A stretch of DNA of 63,626 bases, counting the filler, from Neolecta irregularis DAH-3 (Eukaryota): assembly GCA_001929475.1 (NCBI GenBank). It is 8 parts of 8 records of this genome, joined end to end, with 100 filler letters (N's around TTAATTAATTAA, not from the genome) between each part and the next. Parts side by side here need not be neighbours in the genome. Positions count along the whole stretch, not along the records: positions 40,342 to 42,006 come from LXFE01003572.1; positions 42,107 to 54,658 come from LXFE01000390.1; positions 54,759 to 60,723 come from LXFE01000401.1; 5 more parts are not named here. One strand, written 5' to 3'. The notes under the pieces were generated by a model. That model searched no databases and was not told where the DNA came from. It was given only the letters and a program-made list of their open reading frames with translations. The number at the start of each line of letters is the position of its first letter. Positions within the stretch are counted from its first letter, which is position 1. A program made the translations under genes and the position numbers. This document shows positions 41,457-55,113 of the stretch, in pieces.

Positions 41457-42006
41457 CCCATCCCGCCTCTCCTGTTCCGCCCGTCCCTCCCACCTCTCCC
41501 ACCCGCCTGCTTAACCGTTCCTCCCGCTCGCCCGCTTACCCGCTCCTCCCTCCCGCCTTCCCGCTTGCCCGTTCCTCTTCGCCCTCCCGCTTGCCCATCC
41601 CTCCTTCTCGCCCTCCCGCTTACCCGTTCCTCCTCGCCCTCCCGCTTGCCCGTCCTTCTCTCCCGCCCGCCTGTCCCGCCCGCCCGCCTCTCTCCCCGCT
41701 CGTCTCGCTCCCTCCCGCCCGCTTGCCCGTTTCTCCTCCTGCCTGCCCGTCCCTCCCTTCTGCCCGCCCGCCTGTCCCACCCGATTCTCTCCCTGCCGCC
41801 CGCATCTCTCCCTCCTACTCGCCTCTCTCCCCCACACCCGCTTACCCTTCCCTCCGCCTCCCCGCTTGCCCGTTCCTCCCTCCTTCCAGCCCACCTGCCG
41901 CCTCTCTCCCTCCCGCTCTCCTCTCTCCCGCCCGCCTGCTTACCTGTCCCTCCGCCTGCCCATCCCTCCCTCCCGCCCGCCTACCTCCCACCCGCTTACC
42001 CGTCCC
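41457..42006. repeat. C-rich low-complexity repeat (CCCGCC/CTCCC units)
   Basis: Pyrimidine-rich degenerate repeats running into a gap. Similar tracts at 43350-43655 and (G-rich strand) 62095-62353. Confidence 0.8.
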
Positions 42007-42106
42007 NNNNNNNNNNNNNNNNNNNNNNNNNNNNNNNNNNNNNNNNNNNNTTAATTAATTAANNNNNNNNNNNNNNNNNNNNNNNNNNNNNNNNNNNNNN
42101 NNNNNN

Positions 42107-42518
42107 AGCAATAATATCCTTGGAAAGCTTATATTGCATGACATATTGTAGTTTTTGGGCCCATAGATAACCTTCACGGCTCAAATGACGATCAGGAACG
42201 TTTGATAATAACAGACAATCAAAATTTTGGAACCATACAGTTGGTTGATTCCACGTTTGTGATATTTGGAATGCTTTGCAAGATTCTGGGTAGTATCAAT
42301 GAAGTGTCTCGAATGGAAATGGTACCAGTTTTCAAGCACTTTCGAGCACAGCGATCATGAGCCTCTGATCCATGCGCAATGTCGAAGAATCCGTCTTCAA
42401 GAACCGCGGAGTTACTGGAGGAAATGAAAGTAGGAAGTTTTTCATGAACAAAGATGTCTTGTAGAAAGTGGGCTCCAGCTATCGAAATTATAACACAAAT
42501 GAACAACGCGACAGTCAT
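42107..42518 (-). CDS. Putative secreted protein with PAN/apple-like Cys motif (3' end in gap)
   Basis: MTVALFICVIISIAGA signal peptide; spliced CARKCLKT|ESCKAFQI...FDCLL. Confidence 0.5.
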
Positions 42519-44397
42519 TGCTTTTAGTCGACGAAGAGGGTTCGAACTGCAGGAATGACGAGAGAACACCCATTTAATGCTAACCAGGCCAAACATGTCT
42601 CAGCCCATTGACGACGGAATAGAGCTCGAAAGTTGAGGCTGCTGTTTCCAGAGTCAATCTGAGACATAATTTTGGAATTGCGAGATATCCAACTGGCATC
42701 TCCAGGTCCAAAACAAGTTGATCTAGGATAAAACTTGAGTCGAGTGGCAATCACAGGGGTCCAAGCGGTGCAATTTCTCGGGTTTTCTGCTTTCTGATCT
42801 CAACTTTTGGTTGTAGACTCTGACACTCTCTGACTGAGACAATCTCATGGCTCCATTTCTGTTTCAGCCTCCCTCCTCGGTTACCACTATAGATTTCTCT
42901 TTACAGGATCTAGGGGTGCTCTGCATGTAACATCTAGCCTGTGGTTGCAGAATTTTGTAGTGATTAGCATATAATTGGATAATATAAAACTGTTATTTAA
43001 TTCTTGACTTGGACGCATAGAGAATATTCGCTCTCATGACTAGGAGAAGCTACCGTACTACTTCTAGAAAACCGATACAGCTTATAGCAGCCAGACAAAG
43101 ATCACATACTAGAAACAAAAAGAGATCCCCTGAATATCAACGTATCATTTCCCTATCATGGGTATTTACAGAGTTTCCCTCCCTTGTTTCACCTGTCTTG
43201 AACTTCCTGTATGCGGAAAGCGACTGGAGGAGTATATGGGGCCTCGAGAGGAGTATTGGGGACGGACCAAGAAAACAGCCTGGCCCATTGGCCGATCCGA
43301 AACGGGCCTTATCACGTGATATTAAATAATACTCTGTAACCGTTCTCCCATGTCTTCCCGATCCGCTTTCCTACCCGCCTCGCCTGCCCGTCTTTCCCAC
43401 CTCTCCCACCTCATCCTCCTCACGCCTCTAGCCTTGCGCGCCTTGCCCGTCTCTCCCACCCCGCGCGTCCAACTCCACCTCGCCCACCTCTCCACTCTTG
43501 CCTGCCCGTCTCTCCCAACTCGCGTACCTCTCCCGCCTCGCGTACCTCTCCCGCCTCGCGTTCCCATCTCTCCCGCCTTTCCCATTCGCCTATTTCTCCC
43601 ACCTTGCGCTTCCGTCTCGCCCGTCTTTCCCGCCCGGTTCACCCATCTTTCCCACGACAGACGAATTGCGGTAGTTGGCAATGCGCACTATTTTTATAAG
43701 TAGCGTCCACCCTGATTAGCAGACTAGACTTCAACTAGGTAGTCAATCTAAGTAGTTACTATTATGCCAAGTGACTAAACCTGAGCTTAGAGGAGCACCA
43801 AATCCAAATACGTGTGCTTGTAACACGCAGGCTGCAATTCTAGAGCTTTGCAGACTTAGATGACTTGGATAAACAGAGAAAACCCGATTGTTAGATTCCT
43901 TTGTTGATGGATAGAGCATTATTCACCAGTCCTACAAGCAAGCACCTACAGGTCTACTTATAGGAAACAGAAATAGCCGCATCGGTTATAGAAACCTAGA
44001 CTTTGACCAAAGGAAAAGCCAAACAAGAAACCCAGCCAATTAAATATATATTTCTATACTTGATCTCGACGATCCCGTAAAGCACTATTTGCCCGCGCTC
44101 ATCCAATAGAGTATTGCCTTTTCTATACATCATAACGACGCTGTAGATTTGAGCTACACGTTTCATGTCATAGGTGTTGCTGTACCAACTAAGGGAGCAC
44201 AAGAAAACAAGTACAGAATGCTAATAGTTTCTGACAGAAGACGAGTTAAATGAGACGAAAGTAGGAAAAGGTGGGCGGAGTGCGTTCGAGTCTATTATTT
44301 CTCTTCCCAATCCAAAAAAAGATAACCTAGCCGAGATGACCCGAACACTCTGAGAACGAAACATCTTCCACCCGGCTCCACCCGCATCCCAGACTCC

Positions 44398-44955
44398 ATG
44401 GCTGCCCCTGCTGCTTCCACATGGTCTCGTTTCAGCAGCTGGGTCAAGTCCCCAGACTTCCGCTCGTATCTATGCTCCACCCATTTCTGGGGTCCGGTTT
44501 CTAACTTCGGCATTCCGCTGGCCGCCATTATGGACCTGAAAAAAGACCCCGAAATCATATCAGGCAAGATGACGGCAGGCAGGTGTTTTCTATTGTGGCT
44601 ATGGTCTGATTTTTCAGCGTTGGTCGTGTATAGTGCTACATTTGCGAGGTATGCATGTATGCTGGTGCTCATGCCAGCGGATAGCTAATGTAACAGGGAT
44701 GGTTACACCTAGAAATTATCTGTTGTTGGGATGTCACATCATAAACGAAACCGCCCAATTAGGACAAGGTGCTCGGTATCTCAACTACTGGCAGTATATA
44801 TATCCCTATTGCATATCATAATTATGCTAAGAGCCAGTTTTGGTGGCCGAGAAAAGAGTCTAACGACGGCTACAAAGGCGAAGGACCAGATTCCGCGCGC
44901 AGCTGGAGAAGTGAGAGACGCTGCAAAGAAAGTAGAGAACTCAATCAAGAAGTAA
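44398..44955 (+). CDS. MPC1: Mitochondrial pyruvate carrier 1
   Basis: [54 protein letters not shown]. Confidence 0.95.
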
Positions 44956-45136
44956 CCCGAATTCAAGCATTTACTACAGCTGGTGTCATCCCTATTCACG
45001 TTTATAAAGATGGTAGTGTACACGGAACTGACAATAATTGCCCACATTAAAGCATAGATGAGTCATCAAAACATCATCCAAAGACCCATACATTGAAAGA
45101 AATATTAGGCATTAACTGTCAATTTAGTCGTGTGCT

Positions 45137-46190
45137 TCAACGATTTCGCAAATATTTAATCTCGACATTGCGTTGTGTACGTAGAAGCTTGCGGCCAATG
45201 TTCCCAAAGCATATCAAGCTAGTGAACAGAAAGTTGACAATCCAGCAGGCTTGACTTATATGCCATCAGTGTTGATGGTGCAGATGGCGAACGAACCTGA
45301 ATGTGGAGGACCCAGAAGTCAAGGCACCTCCAATACCAATTACTGCTCCTAAGCCAAACCCAGCCAATGTCTGATCAAATATGAACCATAGCCCTAGATT
45401 CATTACTCCTAGTGCCACTTCTACTTGCAAGTTTGATGTCCACTGAAGCTTCTGCAACAGTCAACATATATAATACATTAAAACAAGAATACTCACATTT
45501 GCTGCCCATGTAAATGCTACTAACCCCCCTATGACACGGATGATGATGCTCCAAGGGGCCCCGTTAACGTCTCGTTGGATGTTGGTATTAGTAGACTGGT
45601 CAATAATCGGAAGCAATATCCCGAGGAGCAATGCACCAGCACCGCATGCTAAGGGCGATTGATAAACCAAATGTGAACTGGGGGGGAGAAACTCGCTCGC
45701 CTTTTGCAGAGTTCCAACTGTTCTGGTTTTTTGGTTAATCATATGTTCTGTAGGTGGAGACGTACCGGGCAATGGAAAATCCCAGCAAGAATAAAACCCC
45801 GCTCCCTAAAATCAAAGAATAAGAATTCGTCTCTGTGGCTTTAATATTGGTATCCGAAACCCGTCTGACCTCTTTCATTTCTGGAAAAAGGTTTATATTG
45901 TTATGTGGGCTCGAAGGCGAGAGATCTGCACTTTTGAAAATATTCGCCAGGGCAGAAGAGTTTTGCGCGACTGCCATACTAGCTATCGAAAGATAGGAGG
46001 CAATGCGACTAGGCGGCCGAGATTGCGAAGGTGTTGAAGGCGGCGAATCGTCGAGAGACTGCGAATTCGAGTGCCGACTTTTCTGTTCCAGCTTTTGATT
46101 AGTGACCTTTTGAAGGAAAGGATCCGAGAACGACTGTTCGGGGTAGTTGGCTGAATAAGATGGAACTGGTTGACTCACAGGAAACGCCAT
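45137..46190 (-). CDS. INSIG-family ER membrane protein (Nsg1/Ins1-like); 3' end approximate
   Basis: WSIIIRVIGG.VAF, KLQWTSNLQ, LWFIFDQTLAGF, ICFGNIGRKL. Confidence 0.75.
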
Positions 46191-46773
46191 GGCGATTTTC
46201 GTTGTCTTGCGGTGTGTCGTCTTAAAGTATTGGCGGAGTCTCAACTTACACATTATTGCATTTCCCCATGCGTCACTCCCTTTTTTGCCCTTTCCATAAT
46301 ACAACCGCCAACCAGGGGTCTGCCTTAATGAATATTCGTGATTCCAAAGGACTAGAAGACAAAAGAGTCTAGCTCGCTATTTATTAGACCGGGTAGACTG
46401 GTTTAGGATTATGGAAGGATCATTTTTCTGGCGGCGAACTCGTGTGTTTGCAAAGGCCGGACTGGTGTTCATCCGATATCTTGCAAGAATCTCAAGATTC
46501 CAAGTCCGAAGACTAAAATATCTTGATTATTGCCTCCCTTTCTCGGTTTCCAACCAGCCCCCTGTAATTATGAACAATCCAGAATGCTTTGATGTATTTC
46601 CAACACGACTTGATCCAAATTTACAACTGCTAAAAAGGAAATGCGCATGCCTGTATAAAAGAAAAGATGCAGTTGACAAAATTATGAGGAGAAAAAAAAG
46701 AAAGAAAAATGCATCCTTGTAGATTTCCGCTAAAATCCACAGGCTCAAAGGTACAAAATTAAGAAATAAACGC

Positions 46774-49700
46774 CTAATTCAGTGTTCCCCGACATATTGT
46801 ACTTCCACAGAGACACGGTATCTTTTCATCTTCGATCGGAAATCGATAATCTGAAACGTGTCAATGAAGAAACAGAAGACAAACGACTTACCGTATGTGA
46901 TTTCCTCTCCTACTTGGATGTCTCTACTAGCGTAAATGACAATTTTCTTTTGTCCAGCCAACTGGATGATCTTGGCAATACAATTCGGCTGGCATTAGCA
47001 TCGATCACACCATGGGAGATTTTTACATCACACGAATGATTAATAAACCTAGCGACATTCCCCTTTTTCGTAGCGTCGATGATATTATTCTCATCAATTC
47101 GAAAAAGGTAACTGCTACCAATTCCCATCCGTTCATATCGTCGCTCCCGTAAATCAGCAATTTGTTGCCGGACTATCTCGCCTATATATTCGATAACGAA
47201 ATCTGCAGCATCAATCTTTTCCATAGCATAGAGTCCCCAATCGTGAATTGGACTACGCGCGAATCGAAGTTGCTTCTTTCGAGATTTGAGTTGATTGAAT
47301 CTCATGATGTCGGTTTCACTATTTCCGGCTATGAGACGCCGTTGATTCACGCGATTTCCGCGGGATGATACGGCTGTTGCACCCTGATCGACAGCGATAA
47401 TTGCCTTGTTACGTTGGGGCAGGTAAAGGGATTTTTCGGCATCGGTAATTGGAAAGTATCCTTCTGAACGGGCACAACCAGTAGGATTGACGTGTCTATA
47501 GCCCTCCTCCTTCGGAATTTTGATTACTCCTTCAAATATTAGTGAGGATGACAACTACAGCAACAGAATACCTTTTCCAGTGTCTGAATTGAGAGCCTTT
47601 ATTTCTTTTTGTTTCCATGCCCAAATAGATATACTCCCCAGGTCCGCCTCATCAATACTATCCACTGATCTCTTGAGACATTCCAAATCCTCATCGTCCT
47701 TGACAATACTCTGCAATCCATCCAAGTCCAAAAGAATATCCAAATCATTCTCAAAGATTTCTGGAAAACTAGATTTTACTACTGCAGATGGATGAACTTC
47801 AGGGGGAGCAAGAGGCGACAGGATATGAATCTCAGCGACAGGAGAAGATTTTTCTATAACATCGTCAGCGAAGATCTCAATTTGATCCGAGATAGTTTCA
47901 ATTGGCTTCTTATTCTTGCTTCCTTTTGGACGACCACGAGGTTTCCCCGTCACACCTTTAGACTTTTTGGGGATATGAACAGCAGTCTTTGATTTCTTGC
48001 CCAATTTTCCGTAATCTGAAATATCTCCTTCACTTTCGCTGATCGGAGGTAACGGTTTCGAAAAGTCTTCAGAGTCTGAACCTAGCGCAACTTCACCTCG
48101 ACCGGTCATCCATATATCCGAGTCTGAATCTGCTTTGACGGTGACGGCTTCACTCTCATCCTCACTTGCCTCTGCAATAGGTTTATTTGCAATGTACTGT
48201 TTGATTTTGTTGAGATACTGTTCATCGTCCTGCATCTCATCTTCTGAAGATACATAATCTCGAAGTTTTGAACCTTCACGAACTTTCTTTTTCGTTTGAA
48301 GTTTCTTGACGATGATATCTGGAGAAATACTTCGAGGTGTTGTAACGCTATCTGTCTCGTCTTCACTGAGTGCATTCTTGCTTCCGGTACCCTCTGAGTC
48401 ACTATCATTACGATTGAGAAGTTGATGCATCGGCATGATGTCTGCCTTTGTCGGCTTACGACGAGTACCGAGAGTCCCCGAAGATGCAACCTCCTTTGCG
48501 CGTTTTTTAAAACGAGGGAGAGCGGAAAGTTTTGGGTAAGAATTCTCGAGATTTTGGGTGATTCGGTTACGAGCGGTTTCATTGATCTTGGAAATTCGGG
48601 ATTCTTGTTCTGACGTTGTGATTGGTGCGTTTGCTGGATCGAGACGGGAAATAAGTGATATATTATGCAATGGGTTAGGGTATTGTTGGGTTGGTTTGAG
48701 GTTTCTAAATCGGGAGGGGTCGAGAAATTCCAAGAGCTTTGGACCAACAATGAATCTCTGGAAATCTCTCATGATGACTTTTTCCAAATCCGAGACTATT
48801 ATGGAAGCCGCTTCATGTACAATGTCAACTGGTCCATCGTACCGAGATTTCTTGGGGACTTGGATATGTTTTGACATCCTGAAAACATTTCGAAGGATTG
48901 TTGTATCGTTCATCGTCACATAAAACTTTTCAGCTTGTCTGTAGTCGCCGAACACGATATAAAAACCGCGAGAGTCTTGCAAAACCTGCTATATCAACAT
49001 GATTGTTACCAAGAGCATACCTCATCATATCGCTGCGCATGAATATGGTTTTTTAGATCCTGCAATGTAATTTTGGAAGACGGAAGATCTCGTTCACTAA
49101 CGAACAAATAACTCCGTTTCCCGATACGAGCAACAATGTCAGAAACATCTGGAGTATTCTCTCGCCGCGGGTCACTTCTCCTCCAAGAATCTGTTGGTTG
49201 GTCACGATCTCTCCGTTCTCGCGAGCGGTCTCTAGAGTATTCCCTACTTTTACGACCTGAATCATCTCGCAACCGGCGGTCCCGATCCCACTTGCTATCT
49301 CGGTCATCGCGACTAGGACGATATGAATTGAAAAATGGCTTTGTAACACTGCGAGACTGTTCATATGGCGATCTAGATTCCTGGTTCCTCGAGTCAAAAT
49401 ACTTTGGACCCGTTGGGATTCCAGGATCTGCCTTTTTCTGAGTATACTGCGCAACTAACGCAGCACATTTCTTTCCATCAGCATCAAAGTCCACTCGAAT
49501 CCTGTCTGCTCCAATTTTCATACCATTTCCTTGCTCCACAGCCTTTTTCGCACAAAGATGAGAGGCCAACTTTCGATTTTGCATCGATGACGACGCGCGA
49601 TATTTGATCCGGCATATTCCCAGCGGCTGTCCAACACTGTCAACCTGTACAACAAGCTCAGATATATCGCCAAATGTTCGAAGGTGAGAACGTAGTATCT

Positions 49701-50374
49701 CCTTTGTCACTGTTAGACAATTGTACCCACTGACCACAATTTGACAAGGCGGGGGTAGACCAACCGAATTTTCATCAAACTAAACACATTATCCAAATTG
49801 TTGCAATTGATATTTACGTCGAACTGGGGTCTGTGGATTTTTAGAGTCCATAATTTGCGACCATGGGAGTTGAGTCGGATCGCGTCATCTAGAGGTTTGT
49901 CAACAACCTTTTTCCTCGGATCTTTGCATGCAATGCCAGATTCCTGATCGATTAGTATAGTTATGCTAGTTAGGAATAGAATACACTGCCTCCGCCGTTG
50001 AATCGATATTCGCATCTTTTTCCTCGACGTTGGGATTTCTCAAGAACCTCGGGATCATAGATACATTTATAGTCTTTTCTTTTTAGGGGGAATCTTGGTT
50101 TGCGATCTGTGATTGTTGCACCATTAGAAATTGGGTTGAGTTTGGGTATTTTCTCCTTGCCAGGAGGCGACGAGAGTTTCGGATTCTCGCTCAGTTTAGG
50201 GTTTTCTGCTCGACTATGCGAAACACCATTTTGAATCGGCGGAGGATTATTCGAAGGCGAAGTTCTTGATGAACTTTTACCAGCACTCGAAGGTCTATTT
50301 AGTGGTTTCGCAGCACCGGGAAACAGTGCAGCGAATTTTGCACCACGATGATCGGGCCGGTCGTTTGAAGGCAT
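46774..50374 (-). CDS. SET1: Histone H3K4 methyltransferase Set1, multi-exon
   Basis: RRM region, n-[42 protein letters not shown], post-[16 protein letters not shown]. Confidence 0.95.
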
Positions 50375-50703
50375 TGGGATGCCTGAAACCCACTATCGCA
50401 TGCGATTCTGTGCTATTTTGTGCTCGTAATGTAATTTGTTGAGAAAAAGTAATGGTGCTGCGATTCACCCCTTGTTGTATGTATACGCGGCAGAAAATAT
50501 GCAGATACACTATCTCTAGATACTTACCGAGTTCTCTTTCTGTATTGGCGGGACGGTTATTTGGTGTTTCGGGTAAATATCTTGCAAAGTCCTTCTGTCG
50601 AGATGGGATGTCGTTGAACAGAAAGTCGAATTGGGTTGGCGTGACTTTTCTTGTTCTCGGCAACTTACTTCCACTTTCCTGACTTTATCCCGACTTTTTT
50701 AAA

Positions 50704-52038
50704 ATGGCTTCTAATTCGCTGCTGGTCGTCGATGGCCAGGCCGATGGCCAGGTAAGTAGATCAAATATATCCGGCATTTTTTGATGTGTAGATCAAAGAA
50801 CTGGGAGAATTCATCGACAAGTTGAAAGACTCATCCACACTTTTACAGCAAGTCGATACTTTGCTTATCGAAGGCGATGAAGAGCGTGCACTTTCAAGAC
50901 TAGTCGAAGAAAGCGCGATACTCGCAGGCGCAACCAAAGAAGGTACATGTCAAATTCATGTATTTTTCATTGATTACGAACCAGAATACGAACCGGCGTA
51001 TACGCTTTTAATCAATCTGATAATTTCGTCACCGTCACTCCCAACATATCTTCCAAAAGTCATTTCAAATCTAAGTACACAAATCCCAAATTTACCAAAT
51101 GGAGCATTGCGAAATCTGAATATCCTTACTATCTTATTCAACGTTATCCCATCGAACAGCATTCTGCGCTACAAAACGTTTGATGCCATTCTCGAGGTTT
51201 CCAGCAAAAATAATCTTTTTGAACTTGTTCTTCCTCAAACGAAATATGTTCACGAGTGGATAACTGAGTGGGGCGACTTGAGTTCTCAAGACCAACGAAC
51301 ACTTCTTTTGAAACTCGCATTTGCATCCGAGCCGTTTAATGCAGAGTATTCTCGATTTAGAGTGCATGCTAATTGAAGGACATCTCTCTCTTTTCTCATC
51401 GATTCCCTCAATTTATACTCTACAGATAATGAAAATGCGAGACCCCTCGCTCAAAGAGTAGTAATGCAAGCTCTTTCTGCGCCTAAAAGATTTGAATTTG
51501 ACGAAATTTTGGAAATTGAGGCAATCCAAAACTTGAAAACTTTGAATGATCCAGCATATACCATTCTCGATATTTTTGCTTGCAAAGACCTAGTTGCATT
51601 TCGAAAATTTGCACAAAGCAGTTGGCTAAAAGAGAATGGTACGCCAACATTCCCCTCTATTAGATAATAACCAACACAGAACTGGACCAGGTTTCTCTTG
51701 AACGCAAGATCAGATTTATCACAATCGCATCTCTAGCCTCTAAATCTCGAACACTCACTTATTCCCAAATTGCATCGGCTCTCGACATTTCAGAAGATGA
51801 AGTTGAACTCTGGATTATTGACGTGATCCGAGTCGGGCTTGTTGAGGGTCGACTTTGTCAAATTCAGAAAACCTTTCTAGTCAACCGAACTACATATCGA
51901 ATGTTTGGCAAGAAGGAATGGGAGAGTCTTGGAATACGTCTAAAGAACTGGAAAATCAACTTGGATGAACAGCTAAAGGTTCTGCATGGGGTCTCTCCTG
52001 TGAAAGAGCATGGGGCAGATATCCATGTCGATGCTTAG
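50704..52038 (+). CDS. Translation initiation factor 3 subunit M (PCI domain)
   Basis: LERKIRFITIASLA, EVELWIIDVIRVGLVEGRL.Q, YRMFGKKEW..L..RL..WK. Confidence 0.8.
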
Positions 52039-52360
52039 GTTTGTCTTTCTTTGTCCCCGTACCTTTGATTCGCTTCTTTTCTTTGTTAGATATATACCAC
52101 ATTCTTGTTTATCTAGACGTGGAGATGGCAGCACTGAGAATATTGCATCCGCGGTTTTACATGGGTTCCTGCCGATGCAGTTTACAGATATTCACTTTAC
52201 AAGATTATACTATCTCAATTTGTACAAGTCTAGTTGCTATTCGACTCTCTGATTATCCGATTGGATATGTTGCCAAGTTCCAATGGTTCAGCGACGCATT
52301 TTCACTAGAAAACTTTCTGAAAACCAACCTCCATCCTCCAAAATCGCGGGCTATGCAATA

Positions 52361-52797
52361 ATGGAAGATCCTTCTTTTGCCCTCTCATCTTCAACCTCTC
52401 CCGAACCACACAATCAGTTTCCATGCGAATTTTCTCGAAGATGGTACAAATTACAGCGTCGAATTGCCCGCAAAGTCCGCGAGCGAAAAGCCTACGAACG
52501 ACAACTAGCCGTTGATAAGGAATTTGATAATCTGATCGAGGTAGTGTACCCCGGTTTAGTCTCTCTCGGTGCCAACTCTTCGTTGGGGTCAAAGTATATC
52601 CTTGTTTGGTAGAGGGATAGGCTGATCTTAATAAGAGAGTCGCTGAAGGACGAGCTAAAAAGTCGATTTGGGTAGATGGCCAATTCTCAGAACCGCGGCT
52701 AATTGCCCAGAACAGTCCAAGATATGCTCGATTCTTTCAAAAGAGACAAGGTGGTGCAAAATATACTTTCTCCCATTACCAGACTGCCGCCAACTGA
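52361..52797 (+). CDS. Hypothetical basic protein
   Basis: Plausible two-exon ORF; no recognisable family. Confidence 0.3.
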
Positions 52798-53151
52798 AGA
52801 AGACATCTTTGGTCGAACATAACTTAATCTTGCTTATATTCGTAAACTTTGGATGTTCCGTCCTCCTTTCCCATTGTTCGACGTAATCTCGTCTCCTCCC
52901 CGTATTTCCTTCCTCGACCATCGTTTTCTTTTCGCTTTCTTTTTTAGTGATATCGGTATAGAATACAAATGGGTTTGGGGTTTCTTCGTATGACTATCCT
53001 ATCATTTTTCACATATACCAAGTATATTAGGTTGACAATTTAATTGAGAGTTGTGCATATCCTTCAAGCTTGACTTGGAGAACTAATATGTAATAAAATT
53101 ATGGTTTTACATTTGCAAGAAAACACAACGCCTGATTATAACTATTCGAAA

Positions 53152-54078
53152 TTAGAAATCTCGATTTCCAGAGAGTTTCTTCCCCGCAACCCTTCGAACT
53201 ACTTCATTGGGGCCTTCTTTCAGAGCGCGACAAACGGACAAGCCAAGATGGAACAAGTAGTGTGCCCATAATACACTCCAAGATATTCCCCATGTTTTCT
53301 TTCGAGCGAGCTCTTTAGCAAAGCCCCGAGCATCGAGATTGTTCTCAAGTTCATCAAATAGGGTTTGAGAGTTCAAGAGGGTTCGATCGTGGGTGTCAAG
53401 GACCGCGCTTTCAATGTTAACCATAGCAAGATCATTCAATTCAACAATTTCGGTTTCTCGAAGACGTGAATTAAGATGATCGAGTTCATTTTGCATACCA
53501 ACAATTAATTTCTCACTCTCCTCAATATTCTGTTGCAACTCTTTATTGGATTCCATCAACAGGGGAAGCATTTCAATTTGTTTTAAAAGGATTTGATTTT
53601 GATTTTGAGCCCGCTCAAGACGTTTTTCGAGAGGTCCAATTGTGCTTTGCGATTGACATAAGTCATTTTCGAGTTCATCAATTCTTTCGAGCAGAACGAC
53701 ACGCCCCATATCTTTTGAAGTTTTTGGTGGTGGAGCTGATGCGAAGTCATTCACTCGATCCTCAAATTTCGTTTGCCATTGTTCGAGTTCTTGTTTCAGG
53801 GATTTTCTCTCATTATTGATTTTCCGAATTTGAGCTCGATAATTCTTTTCATTTGCTGAGAGTTCAAAGGTTAGATTGTCAATCTTCAGATTCAAGGTTT
53901 CTATTTCCTCCAATAATATTTCTCTTAATTGCTCGTTCTTTGGTTTAGTGGGAGTTGTGGGATTTGAATGTGGCGGAGTGAGACTTGAAAAATCACCTTG
54001 TCTCGTCCGTGGTGATTTTTCCGATTCATCGTCCGGGTGAGTTGAAAAATTACTCGGCGATATCATTAACTGAACCAC
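53152..54078 (-). CDS. Uncharacterised coiled-coil protein with hydrophobic C-terminal segment
   Basis: 308-codon ORF with heptad-rich E/K/L composition; true start uncertain. Confidence 0.55.
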   Translation of the reverse strand: MVQLMISPSNFSTHPDDESEKSPRTRQGDFSSLTPPHSNPTTPTKPKNEQLREILLEEIETLNLKIDNLTFELSANEKNYRAQIRKINNERKSLKQELEQWQTKFEDRVNDFASAPPPKTSKDMGRVVLLERIDELENDLCQSQSTIGPLEKRLERAQNQNQILLKQIEMLPLLMESNKELQQNIEESEKLIVGMQNELDHLNSRLRETEIVELNDLAMVNIESAVLDTHDRTLLNSQTLFDELENNLDARGFAKELARKKTWGISWSVLWAHYLFHLGLSVCRALKEGPNEVVRRVAGKKLSGNRDF

Positions 54079-54593
54079 TTTCTTCTTGCCAAACTGAGAT
54101 TCGAGTCCCTCGTGAGCTTGGGTCTATTATATATAACTGAGTGGAAGTTTGTGGGACGTATCTCATTAGTCAATAAACTCCTGGTGAGGTGGCAAGAGTT
54201 CATTGATATTTATTAGGTCTGAAGTGGCTGGAAAGTTGCCGGTTGCGGGTTGGCAAGGCCGCATTAATAAAAAGTGGCGATAGCCTTTGCTTGCAATTCC
54301 AGATGCCAGCCGTGTTTATCAGGTATTCAATCTCACTGGCGGGGTTGATGTAAGAGATCTCGGGAAATGTAAATATACTAAATATTTTTAATTCGCATAA
54401 CAATAACCATAACCATAACCGTAAGCTCTGGGTGCAGTATCTCTCGCATTCTTAGATGAATGGTTCTATCTCAAATCTTCCTGGCTTGACAATCTATTTC
54501 TCAGACTGTTGAGGAATTGATACAGAAGGTCGACAGTTGGTCAGTGTTAATGGAATGCGAGGGCCGTCCGTAGGTGGTGGTGACTATAAAAGC

Positions 54594-54658
54594 CAGGGTT
54601 CCTAACCGACTGGACCAGACCGACCAAGACCCCTGGTCTGGTCGGTCTGGACCGCTGG
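54594..54658 (+). mobile_element. Possible DNA-transposon (hAT-like) terminus at contig edge
   Basis: CAGGGTTCC start followed by repeated and inverted GACCAGACCG motifs, then a gap. Confidence 0.35.
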
Positions 54659-54846
54659 NNNNNNNNNNNNNNNNNNNNNNNNNNNNNNNNNNNNNNNNNN
54701 NNTTAATTAATTAANNNNNNNNNNNNNNNNNNNNNNNNNNNNNNNNNNNNNNNNNNNNGATATGGTGATGACCAGAAGACCTATGAACATCCTCTTTTCT
54801 ATAATAACCCCTCCAAAGGATGCTCAACCCCATTAACCCCTGAGTA

Positions 54847-55059
54847 TTAAGAGATAATTCGAGCAGAAACATACTGTCTTTGTTTATGTTTTTTATTAGT
54901 GCTGCAGATAACATAGAGTCTTCCTTTTCTTCTTACTACCGAACATCCAGAGCACAACTTTTTTACGCTACTCCGAACTTTCATTCCCCTCGTTTGAATC
55001 GCATTCGACGGGCTCAGGAAGACTGGGACTGCGGCTCGAAATATTGAGCCGAAAAGCAT
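54847..55059 (-). CDS. RTC6: Mitochondrial ribosomal protein bL36m (last codons probably spliced)
   Basis: Presequence followed by [39 protein letters not shown]. Confidence 0.88.
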   Translation of the reverse strand: MLFGSIFRAAVPVFLSPSNAIQTRGMKVRSSVKKLCSGCSVVRRKGRLYVICSTNKKHKQRQYVSARIIS

Positions 55060-55113
55060 TCCTTGGTCAATTTGGCGGAGTATAAAAAAGCAAATTCCGC
55101 TTTCAACTGCAGT

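Noticed and set aside
41418-42062. Long Pro/Leu/Ser or Gly/Arg ORFs (also 43322-43703, 61510-62233)
   Set aside because: By-products of low-complexity C-rich repeats that lack stop codons.
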